DNA from: Eutreptiella sp. 'Long Island Sound 2002'
Taxonomy: Eukaryota; Protista; Euglenida
Length of the DNA: 64,000 nt
Direction: 5' to 3'
Assembly: GCA_964036045.1 (NCBI GenBank)
Contig: OZ038378.1
Coordinates: 6,448,001-6,512,000, forward strand
Below the pieces are notes generated by a model. That model was not told where the DNA came from and did not search any database. It saw only the letters and a program-made list of their open reading frames with translations. Shown piece by piece: positions 35,415 through 45,185 of the stretch. Made by a program: the position numbers and the translations under genes. Within the stretch, counting starts at the first letter, position 1. The number at the start of each line of letters is the position of its first letter.

Positions 35415-38400
35415 TATGAATGTTGCTGTGCGTGAGGTGAGCTGAGGGCAGTCAGCGACCAGGGGCTGGTGTGCCCCCGACTGCGACTGCGGCTGGGGTG
35501 TCCTCACTCACTCTCAAGCACTCACTCACTCACTCAGCCCCCCCCCCCCCCCCGCCCGCACCCAGCGGGGACCAGAGACCTAATTAAAGTGAGCTAAGCG
35601 AAGGTGGGGATGGAACCTTAGTAGACTAACCTTGTTTAACACAGCCACCTACCAAGAGCTACTGGATTGCGACCCCAGCCGTGAAAGGGGGGGGGGGGCG
35701 AATATGGTTGTATTGTCACAGTATCGCTCCTCCAGATTCCTGAGACGCCAAGAAACCACCTGAATGTTCTGAGGTCATTCCATCCCCTTTGTAGGCTCAG
35801 TACCCAGATGGCAATGCAGTGCACCGCACATCATCGTAGGACAAACCAACCAGACAGCTGGGGTGTGCAAATCTAGGGGACACAATAATGATTCAACAGT
35901 ACATTGTGGCACTTGCAGCAGGAGACTGTTGAGGGTGCGGGCATCTGTGACTGGCGGGGCCAAGGGCAGATACATGAAGCACGAGCACGGCGGAATGGAT
36001 CACTCATGACGTGACTGGAAAAATGCTTCTTCGGCCCCTGGGCGAAGCCAGCACCCTTGGCATCGGGTGACACCAGCCGGAACAAGCACGCTGCTCCAAT
36101 CATACGTCTAGCTGAAACACGAACAAACCTGCAAGGCAGGCACCTGCAGCAAGCAGCAAGCAGCAAGCAGCAAGCAGCAAGACGGGGGACACAGAGCTCC
36201 AGCAAAAATGTGGGCGCAATATTTTCCATGAGAGATCCCGACCATGCCATCACAGAAGGTCATACTGTTGTTGTCCATTGCACAATGGCTCAAATTGAGG
36301 TGTCGGAGAGTGAAATTGCGAGATGCTGCAACCAACCACAGGAAACTGAGCTCCACAGGATGCTTGAAAAGCCCTACGAAGACACAAACAGGCAAGGTCA
36401 TGGCAAAATATGGAAATCAGATTCATAATTATTAACTTCTCTTTCGTCTATGCCACAGACCACTGTGCAAATAAGCCCAAACCGGCTCTTACCGGGGCTA
36501 GTGGCACCACTATTGTCACAAATTGACGATAGTAGCGCTGGACTTAATGTTACATGCATGGCATGACTGCGGATCTTTATGCATTGGATCCACCGACAGA
36601 GCACATCGCACCACTGAAAAGGCATGCACACCAGCAAGATCCAGCTTTTTTAACACCTCTGAGTCCTTCAGGAAAATGCTCAAGCGCTGGGCAGAGGTGA
36701 CTCCCAGTTCCATTGCATTCCCTGATGTATTAGCTAAATTCAGACTGGTCAAAGACTGATTTCTGTGCAGTGCTTTCACAATCTCGTTGATACCGTCAGC
36801 ATCAATCTGAAAACAAACAGCAGGTGTGAACCAGCATGGCAAACATAGAAACGTAGCATGTACCGTATGGAAACGATGCACCAACATTCGAGACGAAAAA
36901 AGTGCCTGTCAGATGCTTTGGGGCGATGCCATCTACTGCTTACAAGCCCAGAAATCAACTGCTTTTATGCTTTTGCATTCCCGAAACCCATGTCATATGT
37001 GCAAACCTGATTGTCGTGGAGATCTAAGCTGGTCAACGAATAGCTGTCTTCGAGCAGCTTGGCAACTTGTTCAAACCCTTCCTGCCCAAAGCCATTGTTG
37101 GAAAATTCCAAAGACTCCAAAGACGTCAAATTTTGGGCATACGACAACAAAATATCAACTCCTGAGTCTTGCAAATGAGCCTTGGATATTGATAAATGCC
37201 GCAGACGCTCCAGCTTCCCAATGGACTCCGACAATTGCGTCAATTCTGCAACGTTGAGACAAAAACCGCCCAAAGAGCGAAACAGGAGAGCGAACGCCGG
37301 GCTACTGTTGCTCTGTTAATCAATAATCTTATTTGATCATCTGTTTTGCGCCTTGGTTGCAGATTTTCACCGCCGAGAACGAAGAAGAAGAAAATATGCG
37401 TCGAGAAGACTCTTATCCCTTACCCTCCTTTACATCGTGATGGCTCCAGCAAACTACTTTACTCTCTCTCTCTCCCTTAAAATGGTCGCTGCTCCGTAGC
37501 ATGCATGAACCAAAACAGAGCACAGAGGATGCCTGCTTTGGTGCAACGCCAAATTCGCTACCGTTCGCGGTCGATTATTTCTGCTTGCTGCTCAGTCGTA
37601 CTTTTGGTCGCAAGCACCGCCACAAGTGGGTGTGCAGACGACCGGCACCGTGGCAAAATATATGGTCGGGTGTTCAATTTCCAAAGCCGATGGTTAGCAG
37701 CACGCCTTTTGGAGAATACCACCAAAAATGATAAAAAAAAGACCTGCAAAGCTTGTTTCACCTCCCTTCCCCTTTGCATGGTGCTCACCCATTTTGCCTG
37801 CCGGGTGTTCACCGGAACGGAGGCAGCCGGGGGGGGGGGGGGGTGAGACCTAGATTATGTGAGAGATATTGAACTAAAAAGAGAGAGAATCAGAAACAGT
37901 GCAGCAAAAGCAGAATAAGGTAATGCGCTCCTCAGCATGGCATAAATGCATCTTCATTCTCTATGCCATACCTGGTTAAACCTCAGTAAAACAGGCAGTA
38001 CAGACATCAGACCAGGCGTCCCTGGTCGTCACAACAGCTGACCTGTACATTCAGTGCAGTAGTGCAAATCTTAAAAGATGGCAGAAGACAGAGAAATACA
38101 GAGGGGCTCTGAAAACATCAGATGGGATCGTTCAAATCTTCGGTAACAACAAAGCAATCGTCATTGGGAGCCATCAAAATTGGCCGGGGGGGGGGGGGGG
38201 GCTGGGCTGCGTTGGGATTTGAACCCGGTACCTCCTTTCCTAAATTATGGGGTGGTCAAACATCGAAACTTCCGAAATGGGAAAGGGGGGGCGGGGCTAT
38301 TCGAGGTGCATTGCCAAAGGCAATGGAATTTACAGAGGGCAACATAATGACTCTTCCCAAATTCACGTGCTATATCATCTCTCTCCAGTCGCGATCAATT

Positions 38401-41400
38401 TTTTTTAACGCAATTATTTGACGATCATGCAAATTTGTCAAATCTATCATGCAAACGACACTTGCCAGAAATGTGCAATGGCAAGCTGCTGTATTCCAAT
38501 TTGGCTGAGTGCACGTAAGCAAAGGTCAATAAAAATTCAATTTTGAAAGGTGCAATTTTGACCAGCCAGGGGTGAACGGAGGCCTCCCGTTCAAACCCCC
38601 ATGCCCACAGCCACAATGCAGGAACACAATGCAAACAGGATGCAGAACAAGCTTTGCAATTGATTTTTCATCATTCTTGCAAGACATTTAAAAAAAATCC
38701 ATTCAAGAAGTTTCGCTGTTGTACACCTCAAGGCTGAAATCAAACCCCAGTGTCGCTCCACGCCCCCCCTTGCCAAACAGGCTTTACAACTACAACTAAC
38801 TGTTCAATGACCATGAGTGGTCACCACACCAAGATGGCCCTTGGAAGGTTCGACGTTTTTACCCTTGGTGCTAAGACTGCCCTGGTTTCGTACAATCTTC
38901 AATCCCCACCCCTCTCAGGGGGCACCACAGAATAACCCACTTGGCACTACTGGCCAAATACGAAGAGTTTTAAAGTGCGAATTTTTGGGTAATTGAAAAG
39001 CAATTAATAATTAGCAAAAATTTGCAAATGCCGAATTTGCGTAAATGGAGGCCCCAGAAAATGTTTCCATTTTTGCGATTTATTTTGACACAACTGTCAT
39101 TTTGCGTGGATCACTGTTTGCACAATGGGTATGTTGCATTTAGTCCTTGGAGGCACTGGATATAGAAAACATGATTGGCTGTTGGCCTGTCACCCCCCCC
39201 CCCCCCCTTCTGCAACATGTGGTACCTGGTTTTGGGGGCGGGGTTGGTCGCGCCAAAATTGAAAAAATTCTTTGGATAATTATGTTCTAAAAATCAGTGA
39301 TTTCACAAGAAAAGTTGAAGATTTAGCTTAGATTGAAATTTAGTCCCTTAGGGTAAGCTACACGAATACCACCCGGAACGGGGGTATATGTCGCCCACAC
39401 CTGCACCTGATCCAGCAACTTCTCTTTGAGGTGATAAGGAAAATACTGCAAAATTATTTTCGCAAATCAGTTGCATATTAAATGATGCAACGTTCAAAAT
39501 TGAACAAACGTTGAGCAGGACCATTCTTTGTTCCTGCCGCCTGTTTTTTTTTTGTGCTTTGCTGGGTCAACATGCAAAGAGTAACGAATGGACATTGGCT
39601 GACCATGTGACATCCGCACACCTGGCTCTGTAAACCTGGTGTTGTGAATCCGCAATGATTCCAGTGTAGAACGGGCCAGCGTGACCCTCGCCACCAAATC
39701 GGTGACTTCGTCTTCTTGAATATGCACTTTGTCTTCAATTGTGATTTCAACGTCATATTCTGGCTCCACAGAACCATCAGACACGCTGCCCTGCCGTGAT
39801 GCACTTCGGCTTCTGGATACACTCGGTGATGCGCTGCGAGATGCACTGCGATCTGACCTATCCGACTCTTGAGATCTTGATCTCTTGTCCCCGGATCTGA
39901 CATGCAACGACATGCCACGGGCACGGTTGCCCTGCACAGCAACCCCGGGCACTCCTCTGACAGAGGCAATCACCAATACTTATCTATATGCAGGTCATTG
40001 AGCTCAGCTCAGGCCTGTAAGCTCACTGCCACCACACTCACCCACTCACCACCAGCAACCTGAAAAGCGGGCAACACGGGCAAAACGAATGTTACGAGAA
40101 TGTTACCACGCGGTGGTGAAATAGTACAAACCAATGCTCAATCCCTGCACAGATCCTGTGGGAACTGATGCATATGTCTCAGTTTACGCGTTCTCAGCTC
40201 CACACCCCAGCCTTGCCCCCTTCCTTCACCGTGCTAATTTGTCAGCCGTCCTGCCTGGCCCTTCATGACTTGGGTTCCTGGTTCCGGTACACCACGGAGC
40301 TTCACATTGAGATTGCTTGTGGGTGCCAAGAGATGGTGGAAATCCATTTTTTTTTTGCCATATTGCTTGCGTCAGTCGACTCGCAATGCAAAAATTACGA
40401 AGCACCTGTCCGAGGATCGAGATCGTGATGCCGAAGGTGATCTTGCTTTCTTGCTGGCCTTCTTTTTGTTGCTCTTGGTGCTCTTGCTGGACTTTTTCTA
40501 GAAATGCGCAGTGTGGACGAACAAAAAAGCAATTCATGCAATTTTTTTTTGCTGGGAGAATCCGCACGCCCTACGCGTCCCAGAAGTTTGCCTCAATCAG
40601 GGACGCAACGTAGCTAAACTAAACCTGAGCTAAACTGCATCATGAAGGATTGAAACCCCCGGCGCACCGTCAGTCTCCGGGTCGTCACCTGGTTTCGTTG
40701 GCTTGCATGTTGCACGACGTGAGGAAGAAACAGGAAAACAAAACTGCCACATGTGCACTTTTCCCCCCAACTGACTTCTGTTGGTGCAGGGGCACAGGAT
40801 ATGATGGGCCAGAGCGTAACCGTCGTGACCTGGTGATCGAGTTCGGCCACGTTGCAGTATTGCAGCCGCGAAATTCTTTCATTTGGACGGACGTCGGGTG
40901 GTGCATTAGCGACAGAAAACACTGTTTGTAGCGAGGGTGGCAAACCATTCAGATATCTGGGTGATTTGATTTGTACAAACCACTCCCTGAGGTGTTGCAC
41001 TTTTGTTCTGCTGCCCGGCATCCATCGTCCGACAGTCGTCCGAGAAATACCCCAACCTCTGTCTTCCATCTGTCCGCCACGTCCGACATCATCGTCTGTC
41101 GCCCGGCCAGACCAGGAACAATTTGGTGGGGCTTTGCTATCGTGCTTTACTGGCGCGGGGTACGGTCGTGCGAAACTTTGGTTGTTGGGATTGATAATCA
41201 GGGAGCACACACAGAGCTGCGTACCGGGCTTGGGCTGCGGCTGCGGCTGCGGCTGCGGCTTGGGCTTCGGTCTGCTGCTTGCTTGCTTGATTTGCTTTGC
41301 TTCTTCCGATCCCTGTCTTTGCCCCTCCCTCGACCCCCTTTTCGTCCATCTTCACGAGGAGGTGGGGGCGGAGGAGCACCTCGGTGACCAGGGCGTGGAC

Positions 41401-41993
41401 CAGGAGGGGGTGGCGGACCTGCGGAAGGAAGCGCAGCATCATCACGCACGCCAGAAAACTGATTTGGGCCAAATTTCTGACGGTTGCTGTTGACGTGTGG
41501 TCCCAATGCAAGGCAGTTTGTGGCGGTAGTGCTGTGCCACGCGACAAAAGTATTCACCGCCAGGCTGCCGTACTCCTTCCAGCCACTCAACAGTGTATGC
41601 GCATGGCAGTGCAGCAGGATGGGTGTAGCCGTGCAGTCTCTGCGTGGCAGTGCGACCTTGACTTTCCCCTGACATTATTTTTCCTTTCACGTTTCCGGGA
41701 TTTCACTCGTTTTCCTGAAGGTGGTGCCGAAATGGACGATATTTCTGCATATTTGTGCATTCAAGTTCAAGCAGTTTTTTAGATACCGAAGACCACGTGC
41801 GCAGCCTTGAACGCGCAACAGCTTTCCGCGTAGTGAGAGAAGGCAGTAATAAAATACGTGGTCTCGTGGCACCTGCTCCCCTGGGTTGAGGCGTTGCGCT
41901 GGAAGTTCACAAAGTCTGCTAAAAGTGGAAAGGTGCTGTGGCACTTCACTGCCACTTCTTTGTCACTTGCCTCTAATCCACAAACAACTTGCA

Positions 41994-42033
<40 letters not shown>

Positions 42034-42921
42034 ACACCACGGTGTCCATCAGGGATGGATTTTCGCCACTCCCTGAGCTGGCGCTCATATTGCGCGGCCA
42101 GTCTGGGGTCTCTACGTCGAATATCATCGAGATATGCCATCCACATCCGCTCACTTTCTCGGGGGTCATACATCCGGGGATCCATCATCCGAGGGTCCAT
42201 CATCCTGCGGGGATCCCCTCGGGGATCACCTCTAGGTCCACGAGGACCGGGGTCAGCAAGTGCCACGCGTATGGGACGATTTCCCACACGGACGCCTGAG
42301 AAGGTTTGCACGCACACTTGAGATTCGTACACCGGCCTAGGGCGCACATATGAACGCAAAGGCTCAACTCGTCTGTCTGGACTTTCGTTTTCCTTCCACG
42401 ATGGGCATAAAGCTATGAATCATATTGGTGCAGTTGCGTGTTTATGCCGCGTGATGACTGATGCGACTGCCTCCCCACTGCTCCACTTGAATTTGGTTGG
42501 AGGCAACATAGGACACAAACGCACGCGCCCGAGCATCAGTGGTAACAGGTTTCATGAGGGAACAGATGTCGCTGGGTAGGTGCGAAAGCTGTCCCTTTCT
42601 TTCAACATTCTCTTTCAACACAACGGCACACCATGTGCTTGCCTGATTGCTCTTCTTGCATCTTCGGGATGCCCGTACTCAATGAAGCCGTGCCTGAGAT
42701 AATTTAGCCACGTGCAAGAGAAAGGCTAAGAAAACCCCCAGACCAATTCACATTCAAGCAACCACGGCATACCCTTCCAGCGGGCGAGCGTGACACTCCG
42801 CAATTCTTCCAAACTTCAGAAACATGTCATAGAGTCTCTGCCGCATGCTTCTTTCATCCCTGACCTCACCTCGAGGCAAATCCGTGATAACAATGCGACA
42901 GTCATGACGGTTGAAACTCAT
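19909..42921 (-). CDS. 15-exon gene for a ~838-aa RRM + Pro/RS-rich + RI-type LRR protein
   Basis: Exons: 42921-42773, 42693-42632, 42295-42038, 41418-41225, 40497-40406, 39896-39622, 37245-37007, 36806-36632, 36373-36266, 27984-27838, 26126-25965, 24733-24664, 21427-21229, 20410-20078, 19962-19909. All introns GT-AG, all phases match, total 2517 nt. Start codon and last three exons are less certain than the core. Confidence 0.8.
20078..20410 (-). CDS. Ser/Arg/Glu-rich exon 14 of the RRM-LRR gene
   Basis: ccttgccttccAG|GTG AAT GGC...GAC GAG|GTCTGC; 333 nt, phase 0 to 0. Encodes NGSEPEDSPDYSPAHRNQSPASSRNASPNDRSNRSRESS...KRAAPKTKRKR. Confidence 0.75.
21517..23341. mobile_element. Putative non-autonomous DNA transposon with diverged inverted ends, in intron 12
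   Basis: cccagaaattcc (21517-21528) and its reverse complement ggaatttctggg (23330-23341), each followed inward by GGGAAAATGGGG-type arrays in inverted orientation; encloses ORF 22212-22901. No TSD seen. Confidence 0.45.
22212..22901 (-). CDS. 229-aa transposon-derived ORF (transposase N-terminal-like, no catalytic core)
   Basis: True ATG at 22901. YFVPYRGSRRQICKSQFLHYFKISRIVVESVAK resembles the Y..V/ICK..F...L.IS motif I recall from Sola-type transposase N-termini (not verified). No DDE/D region follows. Confidence 0.4.
   Translation of the reverse strand: MSSYKFTQRAVASPDAPLQPLVRKRARSGGENWVQVTRRPDSRAKKPRTGGSQQPACAHTEHDILSTTEAAAFAAQFWDKKIHPTKASQQEFLATCIDVNLEQNVKHAGRQKYTRKRGHQTTYFVPYRGSRRQICKSQFLHYFKISRIVVESVAKAKAAAAVATPLTKQRNVDLTTDGLWAMPLNSGWVPVKSRRLQDWQKLKKYVPNNKHGDVCPNGVPALPENDDSE
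23915..24375 (+). repeat. Dispersed repeat, copy 1 (~460 bp)
   Basis: Colinear with 49799-50275: shared blocks gatggtgttaaccatc, gtggtgctttggattcagccgaa, gagcaagaaactcaacggtggcg, ggctcaacaacctct, agccttcaaaagca. Confidence 0.85.
24664..27984 (-). CDS. LRR C-terminal exons 10-12 of the RRM-LRR gene (27984-27838, 26126-25965, 24733-24664)
   Basis: TLTSLDLSYNNIGDAGATVIMDSLIGNY / TLKELDLTGNSVTSESQAAIDDAILNNS (28-aa units assembled across introns), then NNVTWSPE|FHKYFSRDFKLRIRSLILCVMRK. Confidence 0.85.
25744..25826. repeat. Decayed miniature copy of the C-rich TIR element
   Basis: gcaagaaatcgcccccacccaccttggagg resembles the reverse complement of 34980-35008 (gcacgaagtcgccccccctaccttggagg); the other end is (G)n-cttcggac. 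Confidence 0.5.
28682..28881. other. Assembly gap (200 N) inside a C-rich (CnTA) tract
   Basis: Run of N characters; true length unknown. Confidence 1.
29040..29905. repeat. Minisatellite of ~10 units, 83 or 99 bp long
   Basis: Anchor ctgtggcccc (two copies variant) at 29081, 29180, 29263, 29346, 29445, 29528, 29627, 29710, 29793, 29892 (spacings 99,83,83,99,83,99,83,83,99). The difference is one 16-bp caccgccttgtgtgtg module. Confidence 0.95.
30393..33707 (-). CDS. Spliced Kyakuja-Dileera-Zisupton (KDZ)-type transposase with CxC5/CxC6-like cysteine clusters; one in-frame TAG after the catalytic core
   Basis: Exons 33707-33411, 33317-33181, 33105-32845, 32766-32107, 32025-31334, 31257-31114, 31018-30393 (last may contain more introns); phases consistent. 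Motifs: FCDACHACGGNL, KGTCTSCDIHYTYDGF, VIPDGHEKVCRRVC...C..P...YCREH, GLLATARPCNCIIELSELIQPES, YAGYDNGCH, WFVDR|FHEVNHKC, GVNSEACEQLFVWLSRF, FFFLLWNVCEAHN. TAG at 31455-31457. Confidence 0.85.
33967..34071. repeat. Two direct ~47-50-bp copies (55-bp spacing), each with a CTCGAGC...GCTCGAG hairpin
   Basis: tgcctcc(t/c)tctcgagccgggg..aaagctcgaggcagggatcttcaag at 33967 and 34022. Confidence 0.85.
34109..34556. repeat. 170-bp tandem array, ~2.6 copies
   Basis: (t)tggggcccaaaagagggcggaaatgctacatcacccctgc at 34111, 34281, 34451. Related ggctac.t.acccc motifs also at ~33900, 34687 and 34775. Confidence 0.95.
35368..35411. repeat. (GT)22 microsatellite
   Basis: Read directly. Confidence 0.95.
36266..39896 (-). 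CDS. RS-to-LRR exons 6-9 of the RRM-LRR gene (39896-39622, 37245-37007, 36806-36632, 36373-36266)
   Basis: Spliced product gives exact 28-aa units: TLESLRIHNTRFTEP|ELTQLSESIGKLE, RLRHLSISKAHLQDSGVDILLSYAQNLT, SLESLEFSNNGFGQEGFEQVAKLLEDSY, SLTSLDLHDNQ|IDADGINEIVKALHRNQ, TLRHLNLSHCAMDNN|IAHMVAYALNLND. Confidence 0.9.
40406..41418 (-). CDS. Pro-rich and RS-dipeptide exons 4-5 (41418-41225, 40497-40406)
   Basis: GPPPPPGPRPGHRGAPPPPPPREDGRKGGRGRG...DRSPSRSRSRSRSPSP|KKSSKSTKSNKKKASKKARSPSASRSRSSD; strong pyrimidine acceptors. Confidence 0.85.
41997..42032. repeat. (AG)18 microsatellite just inside intron 3
   Basis: Read directly; reads (CT)n on the gene strand, starting 5 nt after the donor site. 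Confidence 0.95.
42038..42921 (-). CDS. RRM exons 1-3 (42921-42773, 42693-42632, 42295-42038)
   Basis: RNP2-like RIVITDLP; LYDMFLKFGRI; RNP1-like EG|HGFIEY; PEDARRAIRQAHG|VRVGNRPIRVALA; then DPR repeats (GDPRGDPRRMMDPRMMDPRMYDPR). Confidence 0.9.
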
Positions 42922-45185
42922 GACTCCTTCCTCGTCTGGGCTCCTGCTCCGACGAGAATTGGAGGTCTGGAGCGTGCGACTGGACGCAGTTTGGGTAGCC
43001 CTCCTCACATGTGCTAGCGCTCTTTTGCCCTCTTTTTCGGTTTGGGCATAGCAGTCAGTGCTGACAGAAAGTTTCTGATAAATAATCGAGTGGCTCAACG
43101 ATCCATTTTTTACCGATTCTTGGTTGTGGTGAAGTGACGACTTATGCTGTCGTTGGTCGTAAGTTTCCCTTTTCGCCCGCTTGAATTCATCTCTTACAAG
43201 GGCACCTCAACCGTCCCGAAGTTTTCCTGGTGCAACTTTCACGCGGACTCGTTTATGAAAAAGTGTACACACCAATCGGGCACTGCACCCGAAGCACAAA
43301 CGAGCCTTTTCATTTGCATGGGGGGAATCTCTAGGCCAAACGAGGAGTTTAATTCTTCCACATTTCCATGAAGTGGCAAACTTGGCGTTCCGAGGTTTTG
43401 CTTGAGATAATTGCGACTAGACCGATGTGCCGTGCGAAAGACGTTGTATGACGTGATTGCCCTCTCCTTTCTCGTTGTTTGATTCTTGATCATCTTTTCT
43501 CCAAGCTTCTCGGGTTCCTTTTAGTGTCGTCACCGTAAACAATGTAGAGGATGGTAAACAAGAGGCCCGTGGAAGGAGTGGATGTCGACGACGGCAACAT
43601 TCAACCGGATCTCCCATTATGGCAGATCATTTCACAAGGGACCTCACCTAGCACCACTCGCACACCGTTTCAAAGAAAACGAAAGCGTGTTCTTCGAGTT
43701 CCTCACCGCAAGCTTCAAAGGAAGGCCGGGCATGGGAAAAGTTTAGCAGGTTGGTTTGTACTTTGTTGAATGTGGGTGTCGTGCACAAATGCGACTCTGT
43801 GGGTCGCGTCGGACACATGCAAGAGAAATCTCTCGCGAAAAGTTGCGTGGCCATGCGACACCGAACCTAAGAGACGAATGGCCGTGTACAACGGCCACTA
43901 TTTGTAGGAATGTGTCCAAGTTTCTACGTGTGCCTCAACCTTTGAATCATTGATGCAACCCTGCGCACTTCGACTTGGGGGGAGGGAGTTCAAGAGGCAC
44001 CCAACATATTTATTTCGTGCATTGACATGTAGAATGTGCACGGTGAAGCGGAGTCTTGTGGTTGATGTGTGCGCATTTTTGTAAATTCGTGAGCCCCACC
44101 ACCGCACCCGCTACTCAAGATCCGAAGCTCGATAACGCAAGAATTGGGATGGATGTTGATGAAGAAGATACCATTGCAAACCACGACCAGGTGATTGGGT
44201 CCTGAATCACTTTGCCAAACGTTGTCTCTACTCGAGAACTTCCAATCCTCTTGGCAATCGAAACCTCCGGTTTTAGTGTCTTGCACAGTATTTCAAGCAA
44301 AGAAACCTCGTTCGAATTTTTGGCACCAAGATGTGTAAGTTCGATGAGCCACGTCGCACGAAACCAAGAGCACCATGGGTCTGCGTCAAATGACAAGCAT
44401 TTGAACCCATGGCGCTCTATGCACCATCTCGCATGGTGAATTCATTGTTTGTAAAAGGTTGAAGCATCTTCTTGCCCCATGCATGTTGTCAAGCCTTACC
44501 AAATATGCTAGTTAACGACAAAGTTTGTTGTGCACATGTTGGCTTCTTAACGCATACCACTACGACGAAATCCCGTGGCTACCAACACGCAAAATCAACC
44601 ACGGTGAGCTACATGGGACCGGGTTAATGTCGTTCGTCTCCATCCTACGCAATTGCCTACTGCCCCTTCACGGGATGCAAGTCAAGGTAGGTGGGGAACA
44701 GGAAGGTGGTATTTGCCATATTTTTGTCGAGCGTCGTTTGATCACATGTGTTTTCGGACGTGATTGAGTGCGAGCAAGCAACCCGATGAACAACTGGAGA
44801 TCGCAACCCTTCTAGTCGCGGGCCGCGTGAATGGGGAGTTTGCTAAAATTTTGGCGGATGGAATGGGAAATGCCGACGTAGCGTTGATTTTTCACCCTTT
44901 GGTGTTTTTTATCGTTTCGTTTCTTTTGGCAAGAAGTGTCTCTTTCAAGGAATGTGGCGCTAACTCGGATGGCATTTGTGGGTGACCAACCTTGAGCTTT
45001 GTCTAAGGGCGCGAGGTAGAGGGCCATGGTTGGAAGCATGCCTCGATTGTTCGGGCTTGCCGCCCTTGGATTCTCCGGTGGCAATGTAGATTGTCTCTGT
45101 CACCCGGACGAACAACCTCTTTCCCCAATGTATCTTGTGTCTCGTTCTACATGTGCAGCTTGGCAACGGTCACCAAGGGTTCAAG

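Noticed and set aside
38466-38504. 39-nt micro-exon with GC donor (AKLEYSSLPLHIS)
   Set aside because: Phase-compatible, but it would break the exact 28-aa LRR register obtained by joining 39622 directly to 37245.
43239-43493. HMG-box-like RAITSYNVF ORF between the divergent genes
   Set aside because: Only a few residues resemble the motif; the rest of the HMG pattern is absent.
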